From positions 53,489 to 117,488 of the forward strand of contig JAFQAP010000016.1 in assembly GCA_017399965.1 (NCBI GenBank): 64,000 nt of DNA. Reading direction: 5' to 3'. The stretch comes from Clostridia bacterium. Its GTDB lineage: Bacteria > Bacillota > Clostridia > Oscillospirales > CAG-382. Positions 17,717 to 25,553 of the stretch are shown here, in pieces. How positions within the stretch are numbered: position 1 is the first letter of the stretch; every line of letters begins with the position of its first letter. A model generated the notes under the pieces. It saw only the letters and a list, made by a program, of their open reading frames with translations, did not search any database and was not told where the DNA came from. A program made the translations under genes and the position numbers.

Positions 17717-18706
17717 TTAATACCTCTCAAAACAGACTAAATGAGCAACGCTGGGAATAATTTTATTTTGGATAATGCTTTTTGGAGAAAGGAGCGCACC
17801 CGTACCTATCAAAAGAACGTTTTTTAACTCTCCGTCAGCAATCCTCGGGCAGATATCTGCCGCAAAAACGCTGGCTGAGCATCCGCAACCGCTGCCGCCC
17901 GATTGTACGTCCTGGGTGTCGAGGTCGTATATCATCATACCGCAATCTATAAAGTTGTCGCCTAAAATCAGTCCGGTGCTTTTTGCATATTCTTTTGCCA
18001 GCTCAAATCCTTCGTGCCCAAGATCACCGGTGGCAATTACGTCAAAATCTTCTAAAGACTTTTCCGAATTCTTCAAATAGCGTGTAAGCGTATCGATTGC
18101 GGCGGTTGCCATTGCGGCACCCATATTGTTTGCGTCGGAAATGCCGTTATCCTGAATTTTTCCGACTACAGCTTCGGTTATCTTTACGTTGCTTTTGTTT
18201 TGACTTAATAAAAAACTGCCGCAACCTGTAACAGTATTTTGGGCTGTAGGTGTTCGTTGGCTTCCGTATTCCAAGGGAAATCTGTATTGCCTCTCCGCAG
18301 AACAAAAGTGAGAGGAGGCGACTGTGCTCACAACCATTCCTTTTTCTACAAAAGCGGATCCTATTATCAGCCCTTCTGCCGCCGTGGAACAGGCGCCGTA
18401 AAGACCGAGATAGGGAATACCGTTGTTATTTACCGCGTGGGAAGTAGCGATACATTGGTCCAGCAGATCTCCCCCTGCCATTAAGTCTATATCGTTCCAA
18501 TCGTATTTGCTCTTCGCAATTAAAGATTCGAGCGTTCTTTTAACCATTTCTGTTTCGGATTTTTCCCAGGTATCCTGCCCGAAACGGTCATCTTCACAAA
18601 AACTGTCGAATTTTTCTCCCAATGGTCCTTCTCGTTCTTTTGAACCGACAACCGCAGCTGTTTGGTTCAGGAATACGTTTTTGTATTTAATGATCTGTGT
18701 TTTCAT
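17717..18706 (-). CDS. spoVAD: Stage V sporulation protein AD
   Basis: EGPLG..FD, GDLLDQC, GLYGACST, SSHFCSAERQYRFPLEYG, GSGCGCS. Confidence 0.95.
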   Translation of the reverse strand: MKTQIIKYKNVFLNQTAAVVGSKEREGPLGEKFDSFCEDDRFGQDTWEKSETEMVKRTLESLIAKSKYDWNDIDLMAGGDLLDQCIATSHAVNNNGIPYLGLYGACSTAAEGLIIGSAFVEKGMVVSTVASSHFCSAERQYRFPLEYGSQRTPTAQNTVTGCGSFLLSQNKSNVKITEAVVGKIQDNGISDANNMGAAMATAAIDTLTRYLKNSEKSLEDFDVIATGDLGHEGFELAKEYAKSTGLILGDNFIDCGMMIYDLDTQDVQSGGSGCGCSASVFAADICPRIADGELKNVLLIGTGALLSPKSIIQNKIIPSVAHLVCFERY

Positions 18707-19152
18707 ATATTACCTGCAATCATCATATAAATATAGTAAATTATGCCGTATATTACACTGGAAGCGGAGCCGTAAACAATAACCGGCCCTGCAATTACAA
18801 ACATTTGTGTTGCAACACCTTTTATATATCCTTCGCTTTTTCCTTCAATGGCAGGGGATGCAACGGCGTTTGCAAAGCCGGTTATGGGCACAAGAGTCCC
18901 TGCACCTGCTAAGTTTGCAAGCTTATCAAAAAGTCCAAGTCCCGTAAAAAGACCGGCTAAAAAGACCAGCGTTACCGAAACCAACGAATATGCGCCTTTT
19001 TCATCTTTCATAAAGGTGCTGTATACAAAGAAAAGCAGTTGACCGATAACACATATTAAACCGCCGGTCACAAAAGCCCAAATACAGTTTTTTACAGAAG
19101 AAGTGCGCTTTGCACGTCTTTCGGCAAACTCAATATATTGTTTTCTGTTCAC
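18703..19152 (-). CDS. spoVAC: Stage V sporulation protein AC
   Basis: AFVTGGLICVIGQ, AGAGTLVPITGFANAVASPAIE, AGPVIVYG; likely GTG start at 19152 after AGAGGTG. Confidence 0.93.
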   Translation of the reverse strand: MNRKQYIEFAERRAKRTSSVKNCIWAFVTGGLICVIGQLLFFVYSTFMKDEKGAYSLVSVTLVFLAGLFTGLGLFDKLANLAGAGTLVPITGFANAVASPAIEGKSEGYIKGVATQMFVIAGPVIVYGSASSVIYGIIYYIYMMIAGNI

Positions 19153-19176
19153 ATTTTCACCTCTTTTTCTTAAAGA

Positions 19177-19206
19177 TAATCTGTGCGAAAAACACAAAAT
19201 TTATAC
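19177..19206 (-). promoter_or_regulatory. sigmaG-type forespore promoter of spoVAC-AD-AE
   Basis: Minus strand GTATA-18 bp-CAGATTA matches the sigmaG consensus; spoVA is a known sigmaG target. Confidence 0.65.
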
Positions 19207-19213
19207 AATTCTC

Positions 19214-19241
19214 TTGACAATATTGATGTTTGGGGTATAAT
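19214..19241 (+). promoter_or_regulatory. sigmaA-type promoter of the ligase-ACP operon
   Basis: TTGACA-16 bp-TATAAT. Confidence 0.75.
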
Positions 19242-19278
19242 ATAGGATGACTATTAAATTGGAAGGTTATGTGATAAA

Positions 19279-20988
19279 TTGAAAAAGGTAAAAGAAACAA
19301 AGCCCAGATATCCGCTTTTTAATTCAATGCACGATATCATAAACTTTGTAGCAGATTCTTATGGCGATAATGTTTTATATAAGTATTACGTAGGCAAGGA
19401 GATCCGCGAAGTAAGTTTTAACCGTTATAAAGATTGGTTTGTGGGAATGGGTACAACCCTTTTCAATCGCGGTTGGAACGGAAAGCGATTTGCTATCGTT
19501 GGTGAAAGCAAGCCTGAATGGATGTGTGCATTTCTTTCTGTAATGTCTGCGGGCGGCGTTATCGTTCCTCTTGATAAAGAACTTTTTGCAGAACAGATCT
19601 GCAACTTCGTTGAATACGCAGAGTGCGACGGTGTTATTTATACCGAATCTCATTATGAAAAGGTAAAGGATGCTAAGCCTTCTCAAGGTCTTTTTATAAA
19701 TCTTGACGATTGCCAAGCAACCGAGAGCAGAGGACATTATACCTTCTCCAATCTTATGGAAGAAGGACTTGAGGATTATAACAAGGGCAATAAGACTTTT
19801 TATAATTATCGTCCCGATACATCTGTTTTGGCATCTCTTGTATTTACCTCCGGTACTACCGGAACCAGCAAGGGTGTAATGCTTTCTCAGAATAACCTTC
19901 TGTTCAACGCATATCAGTGCGTAAACGAAGTTGATTTTACCTCGGATGATGTTAATATTTCCGCACTTCCTCTCCACCATACATATGAATGTACCGCAGG
20001 CAATATCGCTGCAATGATATGCGGTGTTACCATCTGCTTTAATAACAGCCTTAAGTACTTTATGAAGAACGTGGCTATCTTCAAGCCTACCGGATTGGTT
20101 CTTGTGCCTTTGTTTGTAAATACTATTTACAGACGTATTACCGATGAGATTGAGAAAAAGGGCAAATCCGGCACCGTAAAGACCGGTATGGCAATTACCG
20201 GCGTTGCTCGTAAAGTCGGTCTTGACCTCCGCAGAAATATGTTTAAAGAGATTATAGATAATCTCGGCGGTAACATAACCAAGATAGTTTGCGGCGGCGC
20301 GGCAGTTAACCCCGATATAGTTAAGTGGTTTGATTCCGTTGGTATCAGAATAGAGCAGGGATACGGTATTACCGAATGTTCTCCTCTCGTTGCAGTTAAC
20401 CCCTCTTCTACACATAAGTTAGGCTCTGTGGGCCGTGCGGCTATCGGCTCCAGCGTAAAGATTATCGTTGATAATAACTACGGTGTGGTTTACGAAGCAG
20501 AAACCGGTGAGATAGGTGAAATATGCGTTAAAGGTCCCAACGTCATGCTTGGCTACTATAAGAATCCCGAAGCAACCAAGGATGCCTTCACCGCAGACGG
20601 ATACTTCCGCACCGGAGATTACGGTTATCTCGATAAAGACGGATACATATTTATCAGCGGCAGAAAGAAGAATATAATAGTTCTTACCAACGGTAAAAAC
20701 GTATATCCCGAAGAAATCGAAGAATATCTCGAAAATATTGATATTATTAAAGAATGTGTCGTAGTCGGCAGAGAAAACGATGATGACGTAGTGCTCACCG
20801 CTGTTCTGTTCCCCGATTATGATAAATTCAAGGGCGTGTCCGAAGAAGACATATCCGCCGCATTAAGAGCGCAGATAATGAACGTAAACCGTCGTCTGCC
20901 TTCCTTCAAGCAAATACGCGGAATTGAGATCAGACGTGTTGAGTTTGAAAAGACTCCCACCAAGAAGATCATCCGCAGTAAAATATAA
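19279..20988 (+). CDS. Long-chain fatty acid-CoA/ACP ligase (AMP-binding, ANL family)
   Basis: FTSGTTGTSKG, QGYGITE, FRTGDYG, GRKKN, KIIR A10 lysine; TTG start. Confidence 0.92.
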   Translation: MKKVKETKPRYPLFNSMHDIINFVADSYGDNVLYKYYVGKEIREVSFNRYKDWFVGMGTTLFNRGWNGKRFAIVGESKPEWMCAFLSVMSAGGVIVPLDKELFAEQICNFVEYAECDGVIYTESHYEKVKDAKPSQGLFINLDDCQATESRGHYTFSNLMEEGLEDYNKGNKTFYNYRPDTSVLASLVFTSGTTGTSKGVMLSQNNLLFNAYQCVNEVDFTSDDVNISALPLHHTYECTAGNIAAMICGVTICFNNSLKYFMKNVAIFKPTGLVLVPLFVNTIYRRITDEIEKKGKSGTVKTGMAITGVARKVGLDLRRNMFKEIIDNLGGNITKIVCGGAAVNPDIVKWFDSVGIRIEQGYGITECSPLVAVNPSSTHKLGSVGRAAIGSSVKIIVDNNYGVVYEAETGEIGEICVKGPNVMLGYYKNPEATKDAFTADGYFRTGDYGYLDKDGYIFISGRKKNIIVLTNGKNVYPEEIEEYLENIDIIKECVVVGRENDDDVVLTAVLFPDYDKFKGVSEEDISAALRAQIMNVNRRLPSFKQIRGIEIRRVEFEKTPTKKIIRSKI

Positions 20989-21000
20989 GAGGTACAAACT

Positions 21001-21222
21001 ATGTTTGAAAAACTTAAATCCATTCTTGTTGAGGAAATGAACATCAACGCAGATGAAATCACTCTTGATTCCGAGCTTACCAACGATCTCGGCTTCAATT
21101 CTCTTGAACTGGCAGACTTGGTTCTCCTTTGCGAAGAAAAGTTTGACATCACCTTTGATGATGAAGATCTTGCTTCTCTCATCACTGTTCGTGACGTTGT
21201 AAACTATCTGGAAAACAGATAA
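21001..21222 (+). CDS. Acyl carrier protein
   Basis: Acidic 73 aa; DLGFNSLE phosphopantetheine site; EEKFDI and TVRDVVNYL. Confidence 0.9.
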   Translation: MFEKLKSILVEEMNINADEITLDSELTNDLGFNSLELADLVLLCEEKFDITFDDEDLASLITVRDVVNYLENR

Positions 21223-21235
21223 TCAGCAAGCCCTT

Positions 21236-21268
21236 AAAAAACGCACTCACAGGAGTGCGTTTTGTTTT
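21236..21268 (+). terminator. Rho-independent terminator
   Basis: AAAACGCACTC-acag-GAGTGCGTTTT then GTTTT. Confidence 0.85.
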
Positions 21269-21293
21269 ATAAATTTTTTAATTTCCGTTAACC

Positions 21294-21326
21294 AAACCTT
21301 TATCTGCTTTACTATATGAATGAAAG
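21294..21326 (+). promoter_or_regulatory. Putative ECF-type promoter motif upstream of extended ECF 1
   Basis: AAACC-12 bp-ACTATATGAATGAAAG; same layout upstream of ECF 2 at 33051. Confidence 0.5.
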
Positions 21327-21365
21327 CTTTCAAAACCAACACTTTACCGAAAGGAGACTGCAGGC

Positions 21366-22898
21366 ATGGCAAATTACAACGCAGTGCAATTCGTTGAAGA
21401 AAATATGAAAACCATATTCGCATATGCTCTTGCACGTGTTTCAAATAAAGCGGATGCAGAGGATCTGGCAAGCGATATAATACTTGCAATTCTTCAAAGT
21501 AAGGATAAAATTAAAGATCCCACCGCTTTTTACGGTTTCGTATGGGGAATAGCCGCAAATACTTATAAAAGCTTTTTGCGCAAAAGACATAAAAATTCTT
21601 TTGCCGAGCTTGATGAAAGTATTCCCTATAACGACGGAGCTTTGGATGAGCTTTGTTCCAAAGAAGAACTGAATGTTTTGCGAAGGGAGCTAAGCTTACT
21701 TTCAAAGGAGTACCGTGAATGTACGGTTGCATATTATTTTGATGGACTTTCCTGCGCAGACACTGCCAAGAAACTGGGAATCTCTTTAGAAATGGTAAAG
21801 TACTACTTATTCAAAACCAGAAAAATTTTGAAAGAAGGTATAGGTATGGAAAGAGAATACGGTGAAAAAAGCTACAGACCCGCAAAGTTTGAGTTTGTAA
21901 CGATTTTTTCGGGAAGCTACAATGCGGAATACAGAAATCTGTTTAACAGAAAGCTGCCGGGAAATATTTTGCTCAGCACTTATTACACACCGATGACTAT
22001 ACGGGAGCTTTCCTTGGAGCTGGGTGTTGCGACGCCTTATCTTGAGGATGAAATAGGTATGCTTGAAAAGTACGGACTTTTGCAAAATCTCGGGGGCGGT
22101 AAATATCAGACAAATCTGGTTATATTTACCGAAGCGTTTACAAAAGAGTTTTACAAAACCGCCGAAGCTGCTTGTACAGATCGTGTCAAGAATATCTTAA
22201 GCGGAATCAAAGCAAAGCTTGGCGATATACGTAAGGTAGGATTTGTAGGATGCGGCTTGGATGATAACCGTCTTTTGTGGGCATTTTTGTGGATGTGTAT
22301 GCGCAAAGGACATCAGCTTTTTGAAGATAAGCATCCCGAATACAGAGAAAGAGAAAAGATCTACAACGGTGCTATGGGTACAAACTACGGTGTGGATTAT
22401 TACGATCTTCCCAATAACAGCAAGTACGATTGTCCTGCTTTTGCGGGATACGCAGGGCTGGACAATGATTTTGCTATGTCATTTGCGAATTTCGGAGCGC
22501 TTCCCGATAAGAATCACTGTAGTGTAAATAATGAAGAATATAAACAAAAGCTTTATGCAGCGTTGGCAGATAAAACAAAAGCTGAGTTTGCAGTTATGAC
22601 AAATGATGATCTGAATGCGGTAGAAACTATTATTTCCGATGAAATAACCGAAATGTCGAAGGTGTATGGCTATCTTACGGAAAAAGCGACGGAGATAATG
22701 CGCGTTCACGCACCCGAACACATACGAGATCAAGGCGAACATGTTGTGGGAAGCACTATTTTCTTCCGCACGGTCGGATTGATCGGTGCATGCGCCGCCG
22801 AATCAGGTATGGTTGGTGTTCCCACTCACGACGGAGCAGTTGCACTTTACGCATATAGAACCAAATACAGCGAAGAAAAATGCGGTGATGTTTGTTAA
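21366..22898 (+). CDS. ECF sigma factor with ~350-aa C-terminal extension (winged-helix-like + unknown domain)
   Basis: Region 2 ADAEDLASDI...WGIAANT; region 4 LSKEYREC...GLSCADTAKKLGISLEMVKYYLFKTRK; HTH-like MTIRELSLELGVATPYLEDEI. Confidence 0.85.
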   Translation: MANYNAVQFVEENMKTIFAYALARVSNKADAEDLASDIILAILQSKDKIKDPTAFYGFVWGIAANTYKSFLRKRHKNSFAELDESIPYNDGALDELCSKEELNVLRRELSLLSKEYRECTVAYYFDGLSCADTAKKLGISLEMVKYYLFKTRKILKEGIGMEREYGEKSYRPAKFEFVTIFSGSYNAEYRNLFNRKLPGNILLSTYYTPMTIRELSLELGVATPYLEDEIGMLEKYGLLQNLGGGKYQTNLVIFTEAFTKEFYKTAEAACTDRVKNILSGIKAKLGDIRKVGFVGCGLDDNRLLWAFLWMCMRKGHQLFEDKHPEYREREKIYNGAMGTNYGVDYYDLPNNSKYDCPAFAGYAGLDNDFAMSFANFGALPDKNHCSVNNEEYKQKLYAALADKTKAEFAVMTNDDLNAVETIISDEITEMSKVYGYLTEKATEIMRVHAPEHIRDQGEHVVGSTIFFRTVGLIGACAAESGMVGVPTHDGAVALYAYRTKYSEEKCGDVC

Positions 22899-22904
22899 AA
22901 TTAA

Positions 22905-22931
22905 AAGCCGCGGCAGTTAATGCCGCGGCTT
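22905..22931. terminator. Terminator hairpin between convergent genes
   Basis: AAGCCGCGGCA-gttaa-TGCCGCGGCTT; better U-tract on the minus strand. Confidence 0.75.
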
Positions 22932-22934
22932 GAA

Positions 22935-22974
22935 TTGTCGGGGTCCCCGAGAAGCCGTAGGATTCTTGGGGTGA
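22935..22974 (+). repeat. Single 40-bp slightly degenerate copy of the hairpin repeat (locus 3)
   Basis: TTGTCGGGGTCCCCGAGAAGCCGTAGGATTCTTGGGGTGA. Confidence 0.92.
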
Positions 22975-22976
22975 CT

Positions 22977-24386
22977 TTATATATGGCTGAACTTTTTGTA
23001 GGTTTCAAGATCAGCGTGCATAAGCATCCATTCAAGCTCCGCATCGCCCATTACGGTGGTGCGTCCGTCCGCATACAGCTTGTCTATCTCGTTCTTCATG
23101 GTCTGAATAAATGGCGCGTGTTTATCAACTGTAATTCCGCGCTCCTCCAGACGGTAGAAGCGGTTGAGCCAATGGGCTATACCGGCAAGACCGCTGTGTA
23201 CGTCAACCGCTACGGAAGCGGGACGGTTTAATATTTTGGAGGTGTTGAATATGTTGTAGATCTCTTCATTTTTCAGCAGTCCGTCGGCGTGGATGCCTGC
23301 GCGTGTTACGTTAAAATCACGGCCCACAAAAGGAGTTCTCGGGGGAATTTCGTAGGAAAGCTCGTCTTCAAAATAACGGGCGATCTCGGTAATAACCGAA
23401 AGATCCATTCCGTCCGTTGTTCCTCTGAGTGAAGCGTATTCGATAGCCATCGCCTCAAGAGGACAGTTGCCGGTACGCTCGCCGATACCCAAAAGGGAAC
23501 AGTTTACGCCTGATGCGCCGTATAACCACGCTGTAGAAGCGTTTGTAACGACTTTATAAAAATCGTTGTGTCCGTGCCATTCTATCATATCCGAGGTTAT
23601 ACCCGCGTAATGCTGAAGACCGTATATAATTCCCTGTACGCTTCTGGGCAGTGCCGCGCCGGGATAGGATACACCGTAGCCCATAGTATCGCAGGCTCTG
23701 ATTTTAACGGGAACACCGTATTCGTCTCCCAGCTCTTTTAAAGCAGAAGCAAACGGCACTACAAACCCGTAAAAATCTGCACGGGTAATATCTTCAAAAT
23801 GGCATCTGGGGTGAATGCCGTTTTCCAGAACGGAGCGCACTATGCCCAGATATTTTTCCAAAGCGCTTTTTCTGGTCAGCCCCATCTTTTTGTAAATGTG
23901 GTAATCGGAGCAAGATACGAGTACACCGGTTTCTTTAAGACCGAGATCCTTTATTATCTGAAAATCTTTTTCGTTTGCACGGATCCAGCTTGTAACCTCG
24001 GGGAATTCGTAGCCCAACTCAAGACACTTTTCAACTGCTTTTCTGTCTTTTTCCGTGTATACGAAAAATTCACTTTGGCGTACGATGCCGTTTTTTCCGC
24101 CCAGCTTGTGCAGCATTTTAAAAAGCGCCACTATTTGTTCTACGGTAAAGGGGGAAGTGGACTGTTGACCGTCCCTGAAGGTGGTGTCGGTTATCCATAT
24201 CTTCTCCGGCATATTGATGGGAACGTTTCTGTGGTTGAAAGAAACCTTGGGTATAGAATCATATTCAAACAGATTCCTGTATAACTGCGGGTCTTTCCGC
24301 TCCTGCAAACTGTATTTATAAGCTGCTTGTTCCAATAGATTTGTGTTTTCGGAAAAGAAAAGTTCTCCTGCGTGGTCCTTATGCAT
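22977..24386 (-). CDS. Re-citrate synthase (DRE-TIM metallolyase / isopropylmalate synthase family)
   Basis: ITDTTFRDGQQS, EWHGHND, GIGERTGN; N-terminal LYRNLFEYDSIPKV and RQSEFF segments resemble clostridial Re-citrate synthases. Confidence 0.8.
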   Translation of the reverse strand: MHKDHAGELFFSENTNLLEQAAYKYSLQERKDPQLYRNLFEYDSIPKVSFNHRNVPINMPEKIWITDTTFRDGQQSTSPFTVEQIVALFKMLHKLGGKNGIVRQSEFFVYTEKDRKAVEKCLELGYEFPEVTSWIRANEKDFQIIKDLGLKETGVLVSCSDYHIYKKMGLTRKSALEKYLGIVRSVLENGIHPRCHFEDITRADFYGFVVPFASALKELGDEYGVPVKIRACDTMGYGVSYPGAALPRSVQGIIYGLQHYAGITSDMIEWHGHNDFYKVVTNASTAWLYGASGVNCSLLGIGERTGNCPLEAMAIEYASLRGTTDGMDLSVITEIARYFEDELSYEIPPRTPFVGRDFNVTRAGIHADGLLKNEEIYNIFNTSKILNRPASVAVDVHSGLAGIAHWLNRFYRLEERGITVDKHAPFIQTMKNEIDKLYADGRTTVMGDAELEWMLMHADLETYKKFSHI

Positions 24387-24541
24387 ACTCTTCTCCTTGG
24401 GTGTGAATTTTTATTTATATATGTGTAATATTATACACGTGATTTTTGTTAAATCAACACTAAAATCCGTATTTTTAAAATTTTGTAAAGTTGGTTATAT
24501 GTATATGTACACATCCGTTCGGTATAGTGCATTTTGCCAAA

Positions 24542-24582
24542 TCACCCCAAGAAGCCTAACGGCTTCTCGGGGACCCCGATAA
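24542..24582 (-). repeat. Single copy of the 41-bp hairpin repeat (locus 4)
   Basis: Minus strand TTATCGGGGTCCCCGAGAAGCCGTTAGGCTTCTTGGGGTGA. Confidence 0.95.
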
Positions 24583-24611
24583 AAACAATGCCGCCTTTAA
24601 AAAGCGGCATT
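24581..24611 (-). terminator. Terminator downstream of recR
   Basis: Minus strand AATGCCGC-loop-GCGGCATT then GTTTTT. Confidence 0.8.
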
Positions 24612-24614
24612 AAA

Positions 24615-25202
24615 TTAAAACTCCGTTCTTCCTTCAATAGCTTTAAGCAGAGTAACGCTGTCAGCATATTCAAGAGTTGCGCCGACGGGCAGACCGTAGG
24701 CGAGACGTGTAACCTTTATACCAAGAGGCTTTATAAGACGGCTGAGATACATTGCGGTCGCCTCTCCTTCAACACTGGGATTTGTGGCAATTATTATCTC
24801 CTTCACGTTTTCATCGAGCCTCGCAAGAAGCTCTTTGATCTTTAATTTATCGGGACCGATACCGTCGATAGGGGAGATAACCCCGTGTAAAACGTGGTAG
24901 CTTCCGTTGAATTCGTGTAATTCCTCAACAGCTTCTGCGGCGCGGGTGTCCTCCACCACGCAGATAACGCTTTTATCGCGGGAAGGCGATTTACATACGG
25001 CGCACAAGCCGTCCTCGGAAAAGGTCATGCAGCAAGGACAGAGAGAAACCTGAGATTTGGCTTTTAATATAGCGTTTGCAAAATCTTCCGCTTCCGCTTC
25101 GGAAAGAGCGAGAATATGGTACGCAAGACGAATTGCAGATTTTCTGCCTATTCCGGGCAGGGAGGCGAACTTGCTTATAAGATTTTCAAGACTTGGTGTC
25201 AT
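24615..25202 (-). CDS. recR: Recombination protein RecR
   Basis: LPGIGRKSAIRLAY, C4 zinc finger, YHVLHG.ISP.DGIGP, IIATNPSVEGEATA. Confidence 0.97.
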   Translation of the reverse strand: MTPSLENLISKFASLPGIGRKSAIRLAYHILALSEAEAEDFANAILKAKSQVSLCPCCMTFSEDGLCAVCKSPSRDKSVICVVEDTRAAEAVEELHEFNGSYHVLHGVISPIDGIGPDKLKIKELLARLDENVKEIIIATNPSVEGEATAMYLSRLIKPLGIKVTRLAYGLPVGATLEYADSVTLLKAIEGRTEF

Positions 25203-25203
25203 A

Positions 25204-25542
25204 TCAGAACAAGCCGGGCATACCGAGCGAGCCGGTAATTTTTTGCATTTCTTCGTTATTGGTGGTTTCTACCGTCTTTATTGCTTCGTTAACAGCGGCA
25301 ACAAGGATATCCTGCAAAGTTTCGATATCGTCGGGGTCTACGATCTCGGGCTTGATATCTATGGAAAGAATTTCTTTTTTACCGTTAATGGTTACGGTTG
25401 CCATTCCGCCGCCTGCGTTGACGGTGTATTCCTTGGCGTCAAGTTCTTCCTGAAGGGCTGCCATATCCTCCTGCATTTTCTGCGCTTGCTTAAGCATCTG
25501 ATTCATATTTCCGGGACCTTGGTTAGGGATTCTTACTTTCAT
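25204..25542 (-). CDS. ybaB: YbaB/EbfC family nucleoid-associated protein
   Basis: MLKQAQKMQ, AGGGMATVTING, DDIETLQD; located between dnaX and recR. Confidence 0.93.
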   Translation of the reverse strand: MKVRIPNQGPGNMNQMLKQAQKMQEDMAALQEELDAKEYTVNAGGGMATVTINGKKEILSIDIKPEIVDPDDIETLQDILVAAVNEAIKTVETTNNEEMQKITGSLGMPGLF

Positions 25543-25553
25543 TTTATCCTCCG

